From Flavobacteriales bacterium (GTDB taxonomy: Bacteria; Bacteroidota; Bacteroidia; M30B66), in assembly GCA_046294625.1 (NCBI GenBank), contig JBKBKN010000002.1, positions 24,250 to 88,249 of the forward strand: 64,000 nucleotides of DNA. Reading direction: 5' to 3'. The position numbers were made by a program, and so were the translations under genes. Shown here one piece after another: positions 1 to 15,000 of the stretch. Under the pieces are notes generated by a model, which was not told the DNA's origin, ran no database searches, and was given only the letters and a program-made list of their open reading frames with translations. Every line of letters starts with the position of its first letter. Position 1 is the first letter of the stretch.

Positions 1-3000
1 GGAATCAATACATCTGTAGTTGGTGTTGGAACAGTTCCGCAACCCCAGTTGGCAGGTGTATCCCAATCGGTGCCTGCACCCAGCCATTGACCAGGGAATT
101 CAACATTGAGCAATGATGCATCTGAAGTTGTTGAAGCCGGACAAACGCTGCTGTTCACAATCACACGATACAAGTATCCATTAAGGGCCGAACTTGCAGT
201 GAAGGATAAATTATCTGTATTGCTTCCGCTGTAAGTAGGTGCGGTAGCATTGTTCCAAGTGCTGCCATTGTCGGTTGAAAACTGCCATTGATAAGTCAAT
301 CCCAATCCGGAAACATTCACATCAATATTTACTAAAGATCCAGTACACACCGTTTGCTCATCAACCGGTTGCGCATCGATAAATGCAACACCAATAATAA
401 GCGTACCTTCATTAGAAATCAACTCTTCGCCGCAGGCATCAGTGATGATTAAACGATACTTATTCCCATTCAAGTTTGGCGGCGGAATATTGCTAAAGCT
501 CAGCAAATTGGTAGTTGCTCCACTGTATGGTGCAACATTCAATACGTCACTCCAACTAGTGCCACCGTCTGTACTTTCCTGCCACTGATAGGTTAATCCA
601 ACACCTGTAGCAGTTACAGAGAAATTAGTATTGCCACTGCAAATGGAGTTGATAAAGGTAATAGGGCTGTATCCCGTGATTTGAATTCCGGGAACTAAGG
701 TAAGCAATACCGCATTCGTTTGGCCATTGCCGCAGGCATTATTGGCCTGCAGTCGGTATTGATTGTTATTCATGCCCGAACTCACTGCGCTAATGTTGAG
801 CGTGTTGGTATTCACACCTGAATAGATACCGGCATTGCTCAGGTTGCTCCAGGTGGCACCTCCGTCGGTACTTTCCTGCCACTGAAAATTAATTGGATTA
901 AGACCAATTACAGTAGCGGTAAATGTTGCCGGTGCATTAGGGCAAATATCTAATTGATCTACCGGCTGCACGGTGACAATCGGTTGCAGACAGGAATTGA
1001 ACTCATCGGCACCAAAATCAGGCGCAAAAGGATCGCGTGGATCTCCATCTATATCATCAATCACAGATGCAAGCGGGGTGCCTTTGTTATCAATGAAATC
1101 AGATGCAGCCGGATTGGCGCTGGAAATACGCAGGTTGCCGAAGAGGAAGTCTGTTTCAAACAAATCTTCGGGATTCAATTGTGTATTGGCAATAGTAGTC
1201 GCCGCTACAGGCACGTAGTCGCTATTTGCATCGCCGCCAGAAGTGGTACGCCAGTTCGCAAAGGTCAAGTCAGTAGTGCCCCAGCGAGTAGCAACAGCTG
1301 AATTTAACGTAGCTACGAAATTGTAGTTCGATGCGCTACTGTTCCATCCGGTGGCAGGCACACTGGCATTGATATTTCCAATAGCGCGGTGCGAACCAAT
1401 GCCCGTTCTTCCATTGATAAAAATATTATTGCGCAAAGTTACCGGAGCCCCAGCTACCGTGCCGGTATTATTAGGAATACGCACATAACAATAACTTGGA
1501 TTGGCACCGCCTGCACCGCCATTTGTGCCATAGATGTAAACCGAATTGTAGAGATAATTAGCTCCCTGTCCGGTGAGGTTGCGCAAATGGTCTCGAATAC
1601 CATTTACCAAGGTGTTTCTAAAATCAATGTGCGTGCCGGTGGTGCCATTACGCAATGAAATCATGTTGTTAGACACTTCCCAGTTGCCATAATTCAGCAC
1701 CAGGCCGTTCACTTCAGGCGCATTGTTGGGCGAAGCTTGCCCTACATTGGCATTGGCTAAGGCGGCTATGGTATTTTTTCTGAAAATACCTCCGTGATTT
1801 TGCGCCTGGCCTAAAATACCCAGCATCGCGCCATGATTTCTCACGTTGGCGTTTGCTACAGCATTCAATTCATTGTTCTGAATCAGGTTGCCTTCCACCA
1901 GATTATTCATGGAATTGGTGTGCAGAAACAGGCTAATCATGCCTTCGTTAGATACCGCAGAATTTTGCAAGTTGCTAGAAGAGCGGTTGTTGGCAATCAC
2001 ATTGTTGCGAATGGTAGCTCCACCGCCTGGCGCATTGAACAATACATCGTTGAAGTACAAATTACTGCCATGCACAATACCATCGAGGAAACAGAAGGTA
2101 CCCAATCCGGTAGATAAGCCACTCACGATATTGTTTTCAATTACCACTTCTTCGGCCGATTGGGTCCAGATGCCCATCACAGCCGCATCTTGAGTTATAA
2201 ACGAGCCTCCGCTTCCGTTACTGATAATATTTTCCTGCGAATTATCCTCTGAACCAATCACATTACCCACTTCATCACCAATGCGCACTCTACCGTTTTG
2301 TACACGCATACCCACAAAATTAGTCCAACCGGTGCCTGAGATATTGAAGTTTTGAATTTTATTGCCTTGAATAGACAAAGCTTCGGCTTGCGTAGGCGAA
2401 TTACCCACATTGGCAAAAATCGCCACTACTTCGCCATCCACTTTATTATTCTCCCAGGTTCCTGTTATTTCAGGATTTGGCTTAGCACTTCCGCCGATTT
2501 TGTTACCGGAAATCACATGCCCGTTGGTTGTTCCATTGGCGTCGAGCACGATCGGATACTGATAGGTAGGTATCGTAAGTGTTTGATAAATGTTGTTGTT
2601 GGTAATGCTGATGTTGTTGCCAATGCTATTTGCTGCTGTTCCACCATTATCAGCTCGTATAGCTGAAGCCTGGAAGTTGAACATATCATTACCGGTAATG
2701 GTAATGTTGTTGATGTTGGCACTATTGTTTGCCCCACCCAAATAAATTAGGTTCATAGGCACATTGGTAAGAGTCGGTGTCACATTGCTCAGGTTGCGGA
2801 TTTCGTTGTCCTGAATGGTGATGTTGTTCAGGTTGCCGCTGGCAAAGCCCATACTGCCGCCGATGCGTACTACTCCCACGCTACCTGTGGTATTGTTGGA
2901 GTTGTTGATGTTGGCACCTTCGATGATGCAGCTGCGCAACACGTTGTTGTTCGCACCATTGTTATATTCCACAGTAGATGCATAAATCGAAGTCACCCTA

Positions 3001-6000
3001 TTGTGGCGCAAACGAAGGAATCTTCCATCACCATCAAAGCGACCATCAATAATTACCCTTCTTGCACCCAAGAAGCTAAACATGGCATTGGCAGCAAATG
3101 AGTTTGCTTCAACTGTATAAAGTGTAGGTGCATTCGGTCTGATAGTAATGGTGTAACCTGAGCCGCAGAATTCCTGAGGGGCATTCAATGGCGTCCAGTT
3201 GGCTGTTTCGTTGATATTCGAAATCACCAATACTTCCAAATCGCCGCTCAAACCGCGGGTATTGATGGCATGGAACAAACCTCCCGGATTCAGGTTGAAG
3301 CTGGGGAAATCACCGCCGGAACCTACCGTTACCGTACCACTCAAAGGATTGCTAAAGCTAAAGCTCGACGGTGCAGCAGGGTGGGTTACCGGATTGTTTA
3401 CGTTGTTATTGGTAAACGACACATTCGCATCGAAATGGCTTAATCCTAAGTTCGGGTTCACCGGATTAGTAGCCAAGTCTTGCGCTACAATGTAGTACTG
3501 ATAAGTTTCACCACCCACAGGGGTAATGGACAACAACGAGTAATCCAGTTCAAATTGCCAGTTGCCATTGAATTGGTTGCCTGAAACGAGCGTACCCGGC
3601 ACACTGGCCCATGCACTGATAGTAGGTGCACTGCGGCGGAAGTAAGCTCTTGGTCGATTCGCTCCTGTAGTAGGCACTCCAGCACCCCCATCGAAAATGG
3701 TGGCATCGAGCAAGGTGGTCACAGGGGTGGAACAAATCGCCGCACCCGATATAGGGGTAAAGGTAATTTGCGGCGGGAAGATATCGGTGCTCGGCACAAT
3801 GGCATTGAAGTTGGCCGCATCGGCTCCTATATCGGCCGGAGTGAAGTCGGCGCGGATTTCACCATCGAAATCTTCCACTACAGAAGCAATCAACACGCCC
3901 GAGCCTTCGGCAGGATTGCTGGCTTGCAAGTGCAGGTCAACTTGTGAAGCATTGCCTGTCGGATTCACAAAATTCGGATTGCCCACGCCGGACGTGATTT
4001 CAATGCCCTGCGTCAATAAGCCGAGGAAATTGAGCGGAGTGGTTCCGCCATTCACGCTTCCGATAGAACCGCCTGTTCCCGGAGAAAACAAGATGTTGAA
4101 ACCGCCGGTGTAAGTAGTCGTTGCATTGAGCGTCAGTGAATAATGAAGGCCTCCGGTGGTGGCATTGCTGCGGGCGTTGAGGAAAATGTTGTTGCGCACA
4201 TTATCAATACCAGTTGCTGTTCTGCGGAAAGCAAAAGTATTGGCAGCTCCCGAAACCACATTGGCTCCGCCGATATACACACTGTTGTGCCAGATGTTGT
4301 GGTTGTTTGCAGTTTCTTTCAAGATACCTTGAATGACGCGTGCGGCTGTGATGCTGTTACCGGCGGCATCAATGCCTAATCGCACCATGTTGTTGGTCAC
4401 GGTGGTTAATCCGCCGCCCAGCACGATACCATTCAACTGCAGGGCAGTGCTTGAGCTGGTGGCATTCAGGCTGTGTACAAAGTTACCATCCACCAAATTG
4501 GTGCCCGAAGTAGGCCCGTTGTAATAAATACCAGTTACAGTGGCTGCGGCTGATGCGTTGGTGTGAGTCAAGCCATATACAGTATTGCCTTTGAGTGTTT
4601 GTCCGGCCGAAGTGGAGCGGTGAGAGATACCAATTAATGCAGCTACTGCGCCCGTTTGTGCGTAAGGACTGGAAGTACTCAGACTATGCACCACATTGTT
4701 TTGAATCACGTTGTTGGCTGCTGCCGCACTCACTCTTTCAATACCTATAACACTGAAGGCATTGGTAGCTGAAGATGAAGTACCATTGGCCGTATAGTGA
4801 ATGTTGTTCACCAAATTGTTGCTCACTGTTGTAGGCCTTGCATTAGACACATGAATACCGGCTATGGTAGCGCCATTAGTAGCATTGAAGGTATTTCCGG
4901 TAGCATTGGTTAAGGGGGCATCTGCACTACCAATGGTATTGCCCGTTACAGTGATACTTTGCGAGATAGTAGAAGAACCTACCCTGATGCCATACATATT
5001 CACAATGTTGGCACTCGAGGTGGTATTGGATAGGTTAATGCCGCCGATGGTATTGTTTAGCACATTGATGGCTGCATTGCCACTATGGAAAATACCATGC
5101 ACATTGGTGAATTGTCCGGCACTGCAGGCGATGGTAATGCTGCCTGCATGCGTAAGGCTACCGATGGTATTGTTGCGAATTTCATATTCACCATTACTTC
5201 CCAAAATGCCCGTGAAGGTGGAGCCTTGGGTTTGGAAGCCAGTACCTGTGGTGATATTGAAATTACGAATCACATTATTTTCTACCACATTGCCCGCGGT
5301 AATGCCGGTGGACATGGAAATGGCCGAGAAGCGATAATCCTGTCCCGAAGCATTTACCTGCCAGGTGCCAATGGCATTGTCACTATTACCGCCAATGAAA
5401 TTATTGGTTACTACCATGTTGGCTGCGTTACCCGTGGCTGCACTCACCAAAATACCATACTTATCCGAAGTAGTAGTATGGGTGGCGGTCATGTAAATAT
5501 GGTTATCGCTGATGGTGTAATCGGAGTTGTGCGAATCAATATACACCGCGGCATGCGAACTGGTGGATGCCAAGTGGTAATTGTAGAAATGGTTTTGGCT
5601 GATGGTGACATTGTCATTCACGCGGGTGCTGGTACCGGCTGCATAAATCCCCGACGATGGTTGACCGGCTAAGTTGGTCAGGTTGCGGATGTGATTGTGC
5701 GAAATGGTGATAAAATCGTTTCCGCTGCCACTGGCCGATGCCGTAGAAATGCGAACGGCACCGTTGAGCGTACCTTGCGTACCTGCTTCAATATTTGCAT
5801 TGCGAATGGTGATGTTTTTCGCATCGTTAATCAAAGTAAAAGTGGAATTGAAGTTAGAAGCCGTAGTACTGTTGTTTCTGAACGTAAGGTGGCGTCCGCC
5901 CGCTGCTAAGTTGGAAGGATCGCGTCCATCAACAATAAAGCGGTCGGCACCGTTTATCCTGATCAAGCCAGCTACCGCAGCATTAGCACCCACATAATTG

Positions 6001-9000
6001 CCTTCAATCAAACGATCGGAATTGTTACTTGGGCGAAGCGTGAGCGTGTAGTTTCCTACACCAATTTCGGCCCATTCGTTCAGGGCATGTGTGCCTGATT
6101 CTGCCGTGAGATCGCTGATAATAGTAGCTGTAACGTTCCCGCTCAATGTAGCTTGGTTCACAATATCAAACAATCCACCGGGATTGGTGATGGATGGGAA
6201 TACCCCACCGTTACCCACAGTGTAGTCTCCATTGAGAATGAGTGGAGCTGTCATCAAGCAGGTTGGCGGTGGGCCACCAAACATCGAAACATTGTCCAGC
6301 TTCACGCTAAACAGGTTGCTGTTGTTGTAGCCATTGCGTGGCTCGGCATAAAAGAAGATGGCTGATTTATCCACCACCGATGAGATATCGAAGGTCACTT
6401 CTAGATTCACGCAGTTGCGCAGCTCGTTGAAAGGAATGAACCGGCCATTGATATCGGTTTGGCTCACTTCTACCCCATTGATTTTGATGGATGTGCAAGC
6501 GCCGTTTACAAATTGATTGTCGGCCCACATGTAAAAGCGCATTCTGTCCAAAGGCTGTGAAACAAAAAAGGAATGCGACACATCGAGGAACATTTTCATG
6601 CTGGTGTTTCCGGTGCAATTCACCAAAGGCGTACGCAAGAAACAGCTGAAGAAATTGGTGAAGGTACCCGAGCGGCCCACATGGCCATCGGGACAACCAT
6701 CAGTAGCCGAATACAATAAACCACCTGTGGTGCAAGTAGAAGGCGACCAGAAGACATTGGATGGGCCTGTAGGGCCAACTGTACTAAAGTTGGCATTGTT
6801 GGTGAATGGCTCCACCGGCAATACATTACCCCCAAGACCTTCGCGCACATCGCCATCATTGTTGCGGGCACGTGCATAGAAACAATACTCTGTATTGGCC
6901 TGCAAACCGATGATAGTAGTAGTACCCCATGCAGCCATGGTTTGGAACACTTCCGTAGCTCCTAAGCTTCCATCGGCTTGCACGAATTGGTTGGTCGCCG
7001 GGCTAAAGATGGAGTAAGTGGTTGTAGCCGGATTGGCCGTTGGCGTTTCCGGTTGCAAGCTTACATCCATGGTAAATGGGGTAGCATTGCTTAGCACCAC
7101 CGGAGCCGGCGCATCAGCCGCTGTATGAATCGGGAATGTTGATCCATTGGTCCAGTTGCAAGAAGTTGGCCCAAATACACTGCGCACACGATAATAGAAA
7201 GGTGCATTGGGTGAATCGCCGGTATTGTGCGAGAAGGAAGTATTCAATCCGGTGTATAAGCTGTTCCACGTAAGGTTATTTGTCGAAAACTCTACTTCAT
7301 AAGCAGTTACCCCGGCCACGCTCGACCAGTTGAGCTCGATAAAATGCGATGGGCCATTGGCTGGATTGCCAATTGTAGGCGTGAGCGTGGTAGGTGAGTT
7401 TTGTACCTGCACATTCACAGCGCTTGGTAAACTTTTAATACAATCAGGCTGTGTGCTGCAGCGGGCATTCACGGTATAAGTGGTGTTAGCCATCGGTGCA
7501 TTGAAATTGATGTTTTCATAAGCACTGTTGAATACCGGCGTAGCCAAAGCAAATGCTGTTCCGTTCCAGAACAAGCTGCCATTGCTCCAGGAATATTCCC
7601 AAGTGCCGGAGCATCCTGAACCTCCACTTGGATTTGCCGCTAAAGTCACCGCTGAACCATTGCATACGGTAATGCTTGATGGTGTGGCATTGGCAGTGGC
7701 TGAAAGCGTTGGCCCGTTGCCGGCAATAAAGTTACCGGAGTGCGCACCAATATCAGTCGGTGTGAGTGTGCTGCGGTCGTTGCCGTCGAAGTCAATGTTG
7801 ATGGCCAGAGATGTTCCGTTACCTTCGGCAGCGCTGTATTGCGTGGTGGAAATGCGCAAATTCACATTGGCCGAATTGCCGTCGGCATTGATGAAGGATG
7901 GGTCGCAAGCCAAACTATTGGCATCCTGATTGGTGGCCGTTTGCCAATTGAGCAAAGTAGCATAATCAGTAGTGGCTATGAATCCGGTGAAACCGCCCGT
8001 GCCACCGGCATTCAGAATATTGAAATTGGAATTGTTGGCAGGGCTGGTAAAGTTGGTCACACTGTTAGCCGAAATAGCATAATGCTTCCCGGTGCCCGAA
8101 ACATTGGAGCGAGAATTGTTGAAAATGTTGTTCTTGATGTCGAGCGCAGCCGTATTAGCCTGACGAGAGAAGGCTATCGAATTGCCCGAACCGGAAGTGG
8201 TGCTTCCACCAATATGCACGGAGTTGAAGTAATATTGATGTCCGGCAGTGGCAGAATGATGCGAGAAACCAATGATAAATGGACTATTGGCCACACTGTT
8301 GCCGTTCACATCTATCCCCAAACGAATCATATTGTTGTGATACGTGGCCACCCCGGTCAGGGCCATCACACCCATTAAGCTGGCCGATGAATTAGTGCTT
8401 GGCGTATTGAAACTATGGATAAGGTTGCGCGAAACTTCGTTGGTTCCTGTGGCATTTCTAAACAGAATACCCAATGCCTGAGTAGCCGCAGTAGTGGAGC
8501 TATTTTCCAAGCCATAAATGGTATTTTGCGAGATCAACTGTCCGGCGCTGTTGCTGCCCTGATTAATTCCTATCAAAGTGGCTGTGAGCCCCGAACCAGC
8601 CGAAGTGGAATTGTTCACCAGCGAGTGAAGGGTATTGCCCGTAACGCTGCTTACCCCCCCTGACAGGTTGATTCCTATCAGTTGGTAAGTCGTGGTAGAG
8701 CCGGTGTAAGCTAAAGTAAGGTTGCGAATGGTATTGTTGCTGATGGTCGTATTTCCGGCCACTTGCGAAATACCAATCAATGAAGTGGCTCCGGCTGTCG
8801 TGAGCGTTTGCATATTTGAAATGGTGTTTCCGCTCACCGTAGCATTTCCCGAAGTAATATAAATACCATGGATCACATTGGCATTAGTGGTTTGGTTTTC
8901 GGTCACGCTGATCAGGTCAATCAGGTTGTTGGAGATGGTATTGGCAGCGCCTACCGAATTAATACCGGCAAAAGCAATGGCATTGGCTGCCGTGCCTCTC

Positions 9001-12000
9001 GACAGATTAATTCGGCGAATGGTATTGCCGCTCACTACAGAATTGCTCGAAGCTGCATTGGGATTCAGGAAAATTGCCTGATAAGATTGATTCACCGCGC
9101 CGGTAATGGTCATGTCCGTACCGCTGGAGTTGGCTTGCGTGCCTCCGATATGGTTATCACTGATGGTGTAGTTATCGCCGGTATTGTTCACCTGAATCCC
9201 GTATTTAATCACAGCTCCGGTACCAGTACGATCGGCATTTTGGTAAATGGAGTTGCCGGTGATGGTCCAAGCAGAATTGTTGGTGCTTACCCATATGGCG
9301 CTCGAAGTCTGATTAGGACTCCAAATATTGAAAAGTTCATTTTCCAGAATGGAAATATTGTCGTTTTCACGCGTAGCGGTACCCAAAGCAAAAATTCCGT
9401 TTGCGGGAAGGCCTGCCGATTCTTTAATATGGTTGTTGCGAATGGTGATGTTGTCATTACCATTGCCTGCTCCGGCGGTGCCAATGCGAATTACTCCATT
9501 GGTAGCGCTGGTTGAGGCACCTTCTATAATACTGTTGCGCAAAGTGTGATTGGTCGCATCGTTGATGTAAAGGAAGGTGGCATTAAAGTCCGAAGCATTG
9601 GTATTGTTGTTTACAAAACGTAGGTGGCGACCATTGGCAGCCATATTGTTGGGGTCGCGACCATCAATCACTACCCTATCTGCACCATCGAAACGGAACA
9701 AGCCCGCCACAGCGGAATTTGCCCCAATATAGTTGCCCGAAATGGTTCGGGCGGTATTGTTGCTTGGACGAATGGTGAGGGTATAATTGCCCGCACCCAA
9801 TTCTACCCATTCGTTTAGGGCATGCAAGCCGGATTCGGCTGTAAGGTCAGAAATGATCTCTGCCACCAAATTGCCTGATAATGCAGCATTGTTGATGGAT
9901 TGAAATAAGCCACCAGCATTGGTAATAGAAGGATAGGTTCCACCTGAACCTACGGTTACCACACCTGACAAAACATTAATCAAATAGCTGTTGATGCTGC
10001 CAGTGGCCGGGAAATTGGCAGCAGTGAGCACCACTGAATTAGGCGTAGTATTGAAAGTGGCAGCATTCACAGCAAAATTGGGCGTTGCAGCCACATCTTG
10101 CGCTACCACAAAATATTGTATGGTTTCCCCACCGCTTACCCCACCGCCAAACAGCAAAGTGTAATTGATGCTGAAATCAAACGGAGAAGTAGATGAGGAA
10201 GACTCTATAAACTTCCAGCCATTGGTGGCCGAAGTATTATCCACAAAAGTATTGGCATCGGTGCTGCGTTTGTAGTAAATTCGAGGCGCCAGACCCGGTG
10301 TAGTTTCCACCGCAATGTTATCGGTAATGGTAGCCGAGAAAGGGGGTGGCGTCAATACGGTTTGCGTGCCAATGGGGGTGTAGGTAATCACGGGAGGCGT
10401 AAAGTCAAGTCCGCCGAAATTGTTTTCATCAGCGCCGATGTCAGGAGCTGTACCTGTGCCCGCATAGCCTACCCCGCCAAAGCGAACATCGCCGTCGTAG
10501 TCAATGTAGATATTCACATCCACCCCGCCGCTTTCGGCCTGTGTCGGAATAGCAGTATCCAGACGAAGATTCACTAAAGTAGCATTGCCAGTGGCATTGA
10601 GGAAAGGTGGATTTTCGTTAAACGAGTTGGCATCTAATCCGCTCAACTGCCAATCGGCAATGGTGGTGCGTTGAGTAGCCACCTGCAAGCCCACATGGCC
10701 GCCTGTGCCTCCGGCAAACAAGATGTTGTTGGTAGAAGTTACTCCGGCAATGGAATTAGTTAAGCCAATGGCATAGTGCGCTCCGGTGCCTGCCCCATTG
10801 CTGCGGTTGTTCACAAAAATATTGTTGCGCAACACAGTGGCGGCTGTTCCTGCTGTTTTACCGAAGGCAAATGTATTATTGGCATTGGCTACACCTGTTC
10901 CACCCACAAATACTGAGTTGAAGAAGTAGCTGATGTTGGCTGTGGTAGAAAGGTGATGAATACCGTAGGTGAGCAAACCTTGCGTCACACTATTGCCATC
11001 GCCATCAATGCCCATACGAATTTTGTTATTGCTAATGGTGGCTTGCCCGGCAATGAAATGAATACCGCGAATCACCGCGGTGGTGCCGGTGGTGGCGCTG
11101 GATAAACTATGCACAAAATTATTCGAAATATCGTGAATAGGCGTTGTTCCGGCAGAAAACACAATACCGCTGATATTCACTGCCGCCGTGCCGGTGGTGG
11201 TGCTGCGCAAGTTAAATACGGTATTGCCTCTAATGATTTGAGGCGATGTCGTAGTGCTGCTAATGTCGGCAATACCCACCAAGGCCGCATTTGCATTGGT
11301 AGAAGTAATGGTGGTGGTTGCCGAAAGATTACTGATAGTGTTATTGGTGATTACATTGATTCCTGTGGTGCTTGTGGCAATACCACGCATGTAGGTAAGC
11401 CCCAAATTGCCTGAATAAACATTGCTGATGTTGTTGATGGTATTGCCATCTGCAATTGCATTGCCTGATGAACCAAGAAATATACCGGTAAAGCCTACAG
11501 CACCGCCTGCACCGGTAAATGAAATACCTGAAATGGTATTATTTAAAATGGTGTCGATGCCGGCGGTGATTTGAATACCAAATGCCTGGCTGGCCGTGGT
11601 GGTGTTCCAGTTGCTGGCTATACTGATGCTACCGGCTGCCCCACCGATGATATTGTTCTCTATATTGTTGTTACCCGCATCGCTTTTTATACCAGCAAAA
11701 AGTATGGCATTGGCAGCTGCACCATGTGCGAAATTCAGGTTGCGAATGGTATTGTTTTCTACTATACAATTAATAGCAGCATTGGCCGGATTCAATTGAA
11801 TACCAATGAACGATTGATTTACATTACCGAGAATTGTCCATGGCGAACCGGCTGAAAGCGCTTCGCTGCCACCAATGTGGTTATTACGCAGGATAAAATT
11901 ATCGCCGGTGGTATTAGTTACTTGAATACCGTATCGAGCTACTGCCCCTGTTCCGGTTCTGGAAAAGGTTTGATAAAAGCTATTATTCTCAATGGTCCAG

Positions 12001-15000
12001 GCAGAATTAAATCCTGCGACAAAGATTCCGTTGTTGCTCACCCCCGGTTGCCAGAAATTGAAAATTTCGCAGTTGCTAACGGTAATGTTATCGTTTTCAC
12101 GACCAGTGGTGCCTAAAGCATAAATACCATTGGCAGGAGTTCCTGCTGCATCGCTGCGGTCGCGGATGTAGCAATTGTCTATGGTGATAAAATCATTACC
12201 CGAACCGGTAGCCAAAGCGGTACTGAAGCGAATTACCCCGTTGGTGGCACTGGCAGTAGCGCCTTCGGCGATAATATAGCGCATGGTGTGGTTTTGGGCA
12301 TCATTTACATAGTTGAAAGTTCCTGCCCATGCCCCTGTATTGATATTTCTAAAGGTCAAGTGACGGCCACCCGCTGCCTGATTGGCCGGATCACGCCCGT
12401 CAATAATCACGCGGTCGGCTCCATCGAAGCGAATCAAGCTTGAATTAAGCGCCGTAGTCCCGGTATAAGTTCCTGAAACCAAACGGTTGGTATTGTTATT
12501 GGGGCGAATGGTAAGGGTGTAATTGCCCGAGCCAATCTCTAACCACTGGTTTAGAGCATGTGTCCCACTTTCTGCTGTCAGGTCAGAAATGATTTCGGCA
12601 ATCAGATCGCCGCTCAAAGCTCCGGTATTGATGGCTTCAAACAATCCACCGTTGTTTGTGAGTGACGGATACATCCCTGATGTTCCAACTGTTACCACAC
12701 CCGACAATACATTAATGAAATAGCTATTGATGGTGCCGGTAAGCGGGAAGGCAGCGGCAGTAAATGCCACGCTCGAAGGTGCCGCATTAAAAGTGCCACT
12801 GTTGATACCCACATTAGGCACCGGTGCGATGTCCTGCGCTACCACAAAATATTCGATGGTTTCGCCTCCTGAAGGTACTCCACCAAAAAGTAAGCTGTAG
12901 TCAATGTTGAAGGTAAAGGGTGAAGACGCCCCTGTGGCTTCTACCCATTTCCAGCCATTGGTGGCCGATGTGTTGTTCACGAAGGTGTTGGCATTGCCTA
13001 AATATTTGTAATACAGGCGAGGACGTGTGCCACTGCTGCCGTTCACCCCGCTGATGTCGGTGATGGTGGCTGTGAGCGATGGAGGCGTGAGCACCGTTTG
13101 CGTAGGAATAGGAGTATAATTGATGTTGGGTGGGGTGAGGTCGGCCGGAATAAAGTTACCTTCGTCAGCGCCCACATCAGGTGCTGTACCTTCTATATCG
13201 CCTACAATGGGATAGGGCCCGCGGGCATCGCCATCAATGTCTATGCTCACCGATGCAATCACCGTTCCTGCGCTCTCTATCTGGGCCGGAACAGCTGAGT
13301 CTATGCGCAAATTCACCTGCGAAGCATCGCCCAATGCATTAACAAAGGGCACCGGACCATAGATAGAATTGGCATCGTTGCCAAACACATTTTGCCAATC
13401 GCCAAGGCCGGGATATTGCGTAGTGGCAATGATCCCCACTCTACCATTTTGCCCATCAGCCTTGTAGAGGTTAAAATTACTTATCACTCCGGCGCTGGTG
13501 CTTAAGCCCATGGCAAAATGCTCTCCGGTTCCCGAGGTTTGCGCGCGGTCATTGATGAAAATATTGTTGCGAACGTCCAATGCCGAAGTGCCTGCCAATC
13601 GGTTGAAGGCAAAGGTATTGGTCGTACCCGAAGCTACTTCGCCGGCGAGCAATACGGTATTGTAATAGTACTGATTGTTGGCAGTAGTAGAAGAATGGCG
13701 AATTCCCATGATGCTTATGGGATTGGTAATAGCATTTCCATCGCTGCTCAAGCCTAAGCGAATCATATTGTTGTGGTATGTAGCCATCCCTGATAGTGCA
13801 TTGATACCCAATTGCGCCGCAGCCGCATTGTTAGAAGCTGTATTAAAGCTATGGATGGTATTACGGCTTATAGCATTAGCACCAGAAGTGGGACCGGTAT
13901 AGTGAATGCCGATAATGCTGTTGGCCACTGTAGTGTTTGTAGTCGAAAGTGTATGAATTATGTTTTGACTGATGTTTTGCCCTGGTAGAGTGCGCTGAAA
14001 TTGAATACCGATATTAACCGAATTGGCATCTATCCCAGTGGAAGCACTCGCAACGCTCAAACTAAAAATGGTGTTTCCGGTTATAGTGAATCCACCTGCT
14101 GCTGATGCGTTGGTGGCAATGCCACGAATATTGCTGGCAGCAACAGCCGAAACCGCGTTATTAGTAAGGTTGGCAATGGTGTTATTGCTGATGGTATGTG
14201 CAGTACTTGCTGCCGTACTTAAGTAATTGATCCCATTCAAAAATTGACCTGAGCCATTGGTGCTGGCCGTGATGCAGTGAATGCTATTGGCCAAAGTGCT
14301 ACTGCCTATGGTGTTTTCGTTCACAGTGCAAATCCCCCCTGAAATCAATATCCCATTGAAACTATGCCCTACACCAGCTACCGAGCCCGCCAGAGTAATT
14401 CCAGAAATCGTATTTCGTTCGATGGTACTGTTGCCTGCTAAATTGATGATGCCATTGGATGTGGATGGAGTGGTAGCAAAATTTTCTGTATTGGTAATAT
14501 TGCCATTAGCAGAAGTAGAGCCGATAAGGTTATCAGCAATCAAACCCGCCCCGTTGGCATTTCTAATACCTACAAAGGATACAGCTGTAGAACTCGTGCC
14601 TCGGGAGAAACTGATGTTCGCCACCACATTGCTGTCCACTACGCATCCTGTGGCAGTGGTAGCGGGATTTAAGTCTACTCCAAAAAAGGTACCCGCCCCA
14701 ACACCCGTGTAGGTTAAAGCTGCACCGGCAGCTAATGGCTCCGAACCCCCAATATAGTTGTGGCGCACCGTGAAGTTATCGCCGGTGTTGGAGATGGAAA
14801 CAGCTGTATGAGTAAATGTGGTTCCATTAGCTCGGCTCACGGTTTGATAGAAGCTGTTGCGTTCTATAGTCCAGCCGGTACTGTTGGCTCCGATACTCAC
14901 CCCTGAATGGGTAGATGCCGCATTCACATAGTAGTTTCTGATGTTATTCCAGCGAATTATATTGTTCTCATTCAAGGCGCCTGCTGTTCCAGATGAGTGA

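Noticed and set aside
1015-13180. A possible CRISPR array or mobile-element repeats, given the strong repetitiveness.
   Set aside because: The repeat units are 2.7-3.9 kb, in frame, and protein-coding (beta-helix modules). There is no short direct-repeat / spacer periodicity and no cas gene, transposase, integrase or terminal inverted repeat in the window.
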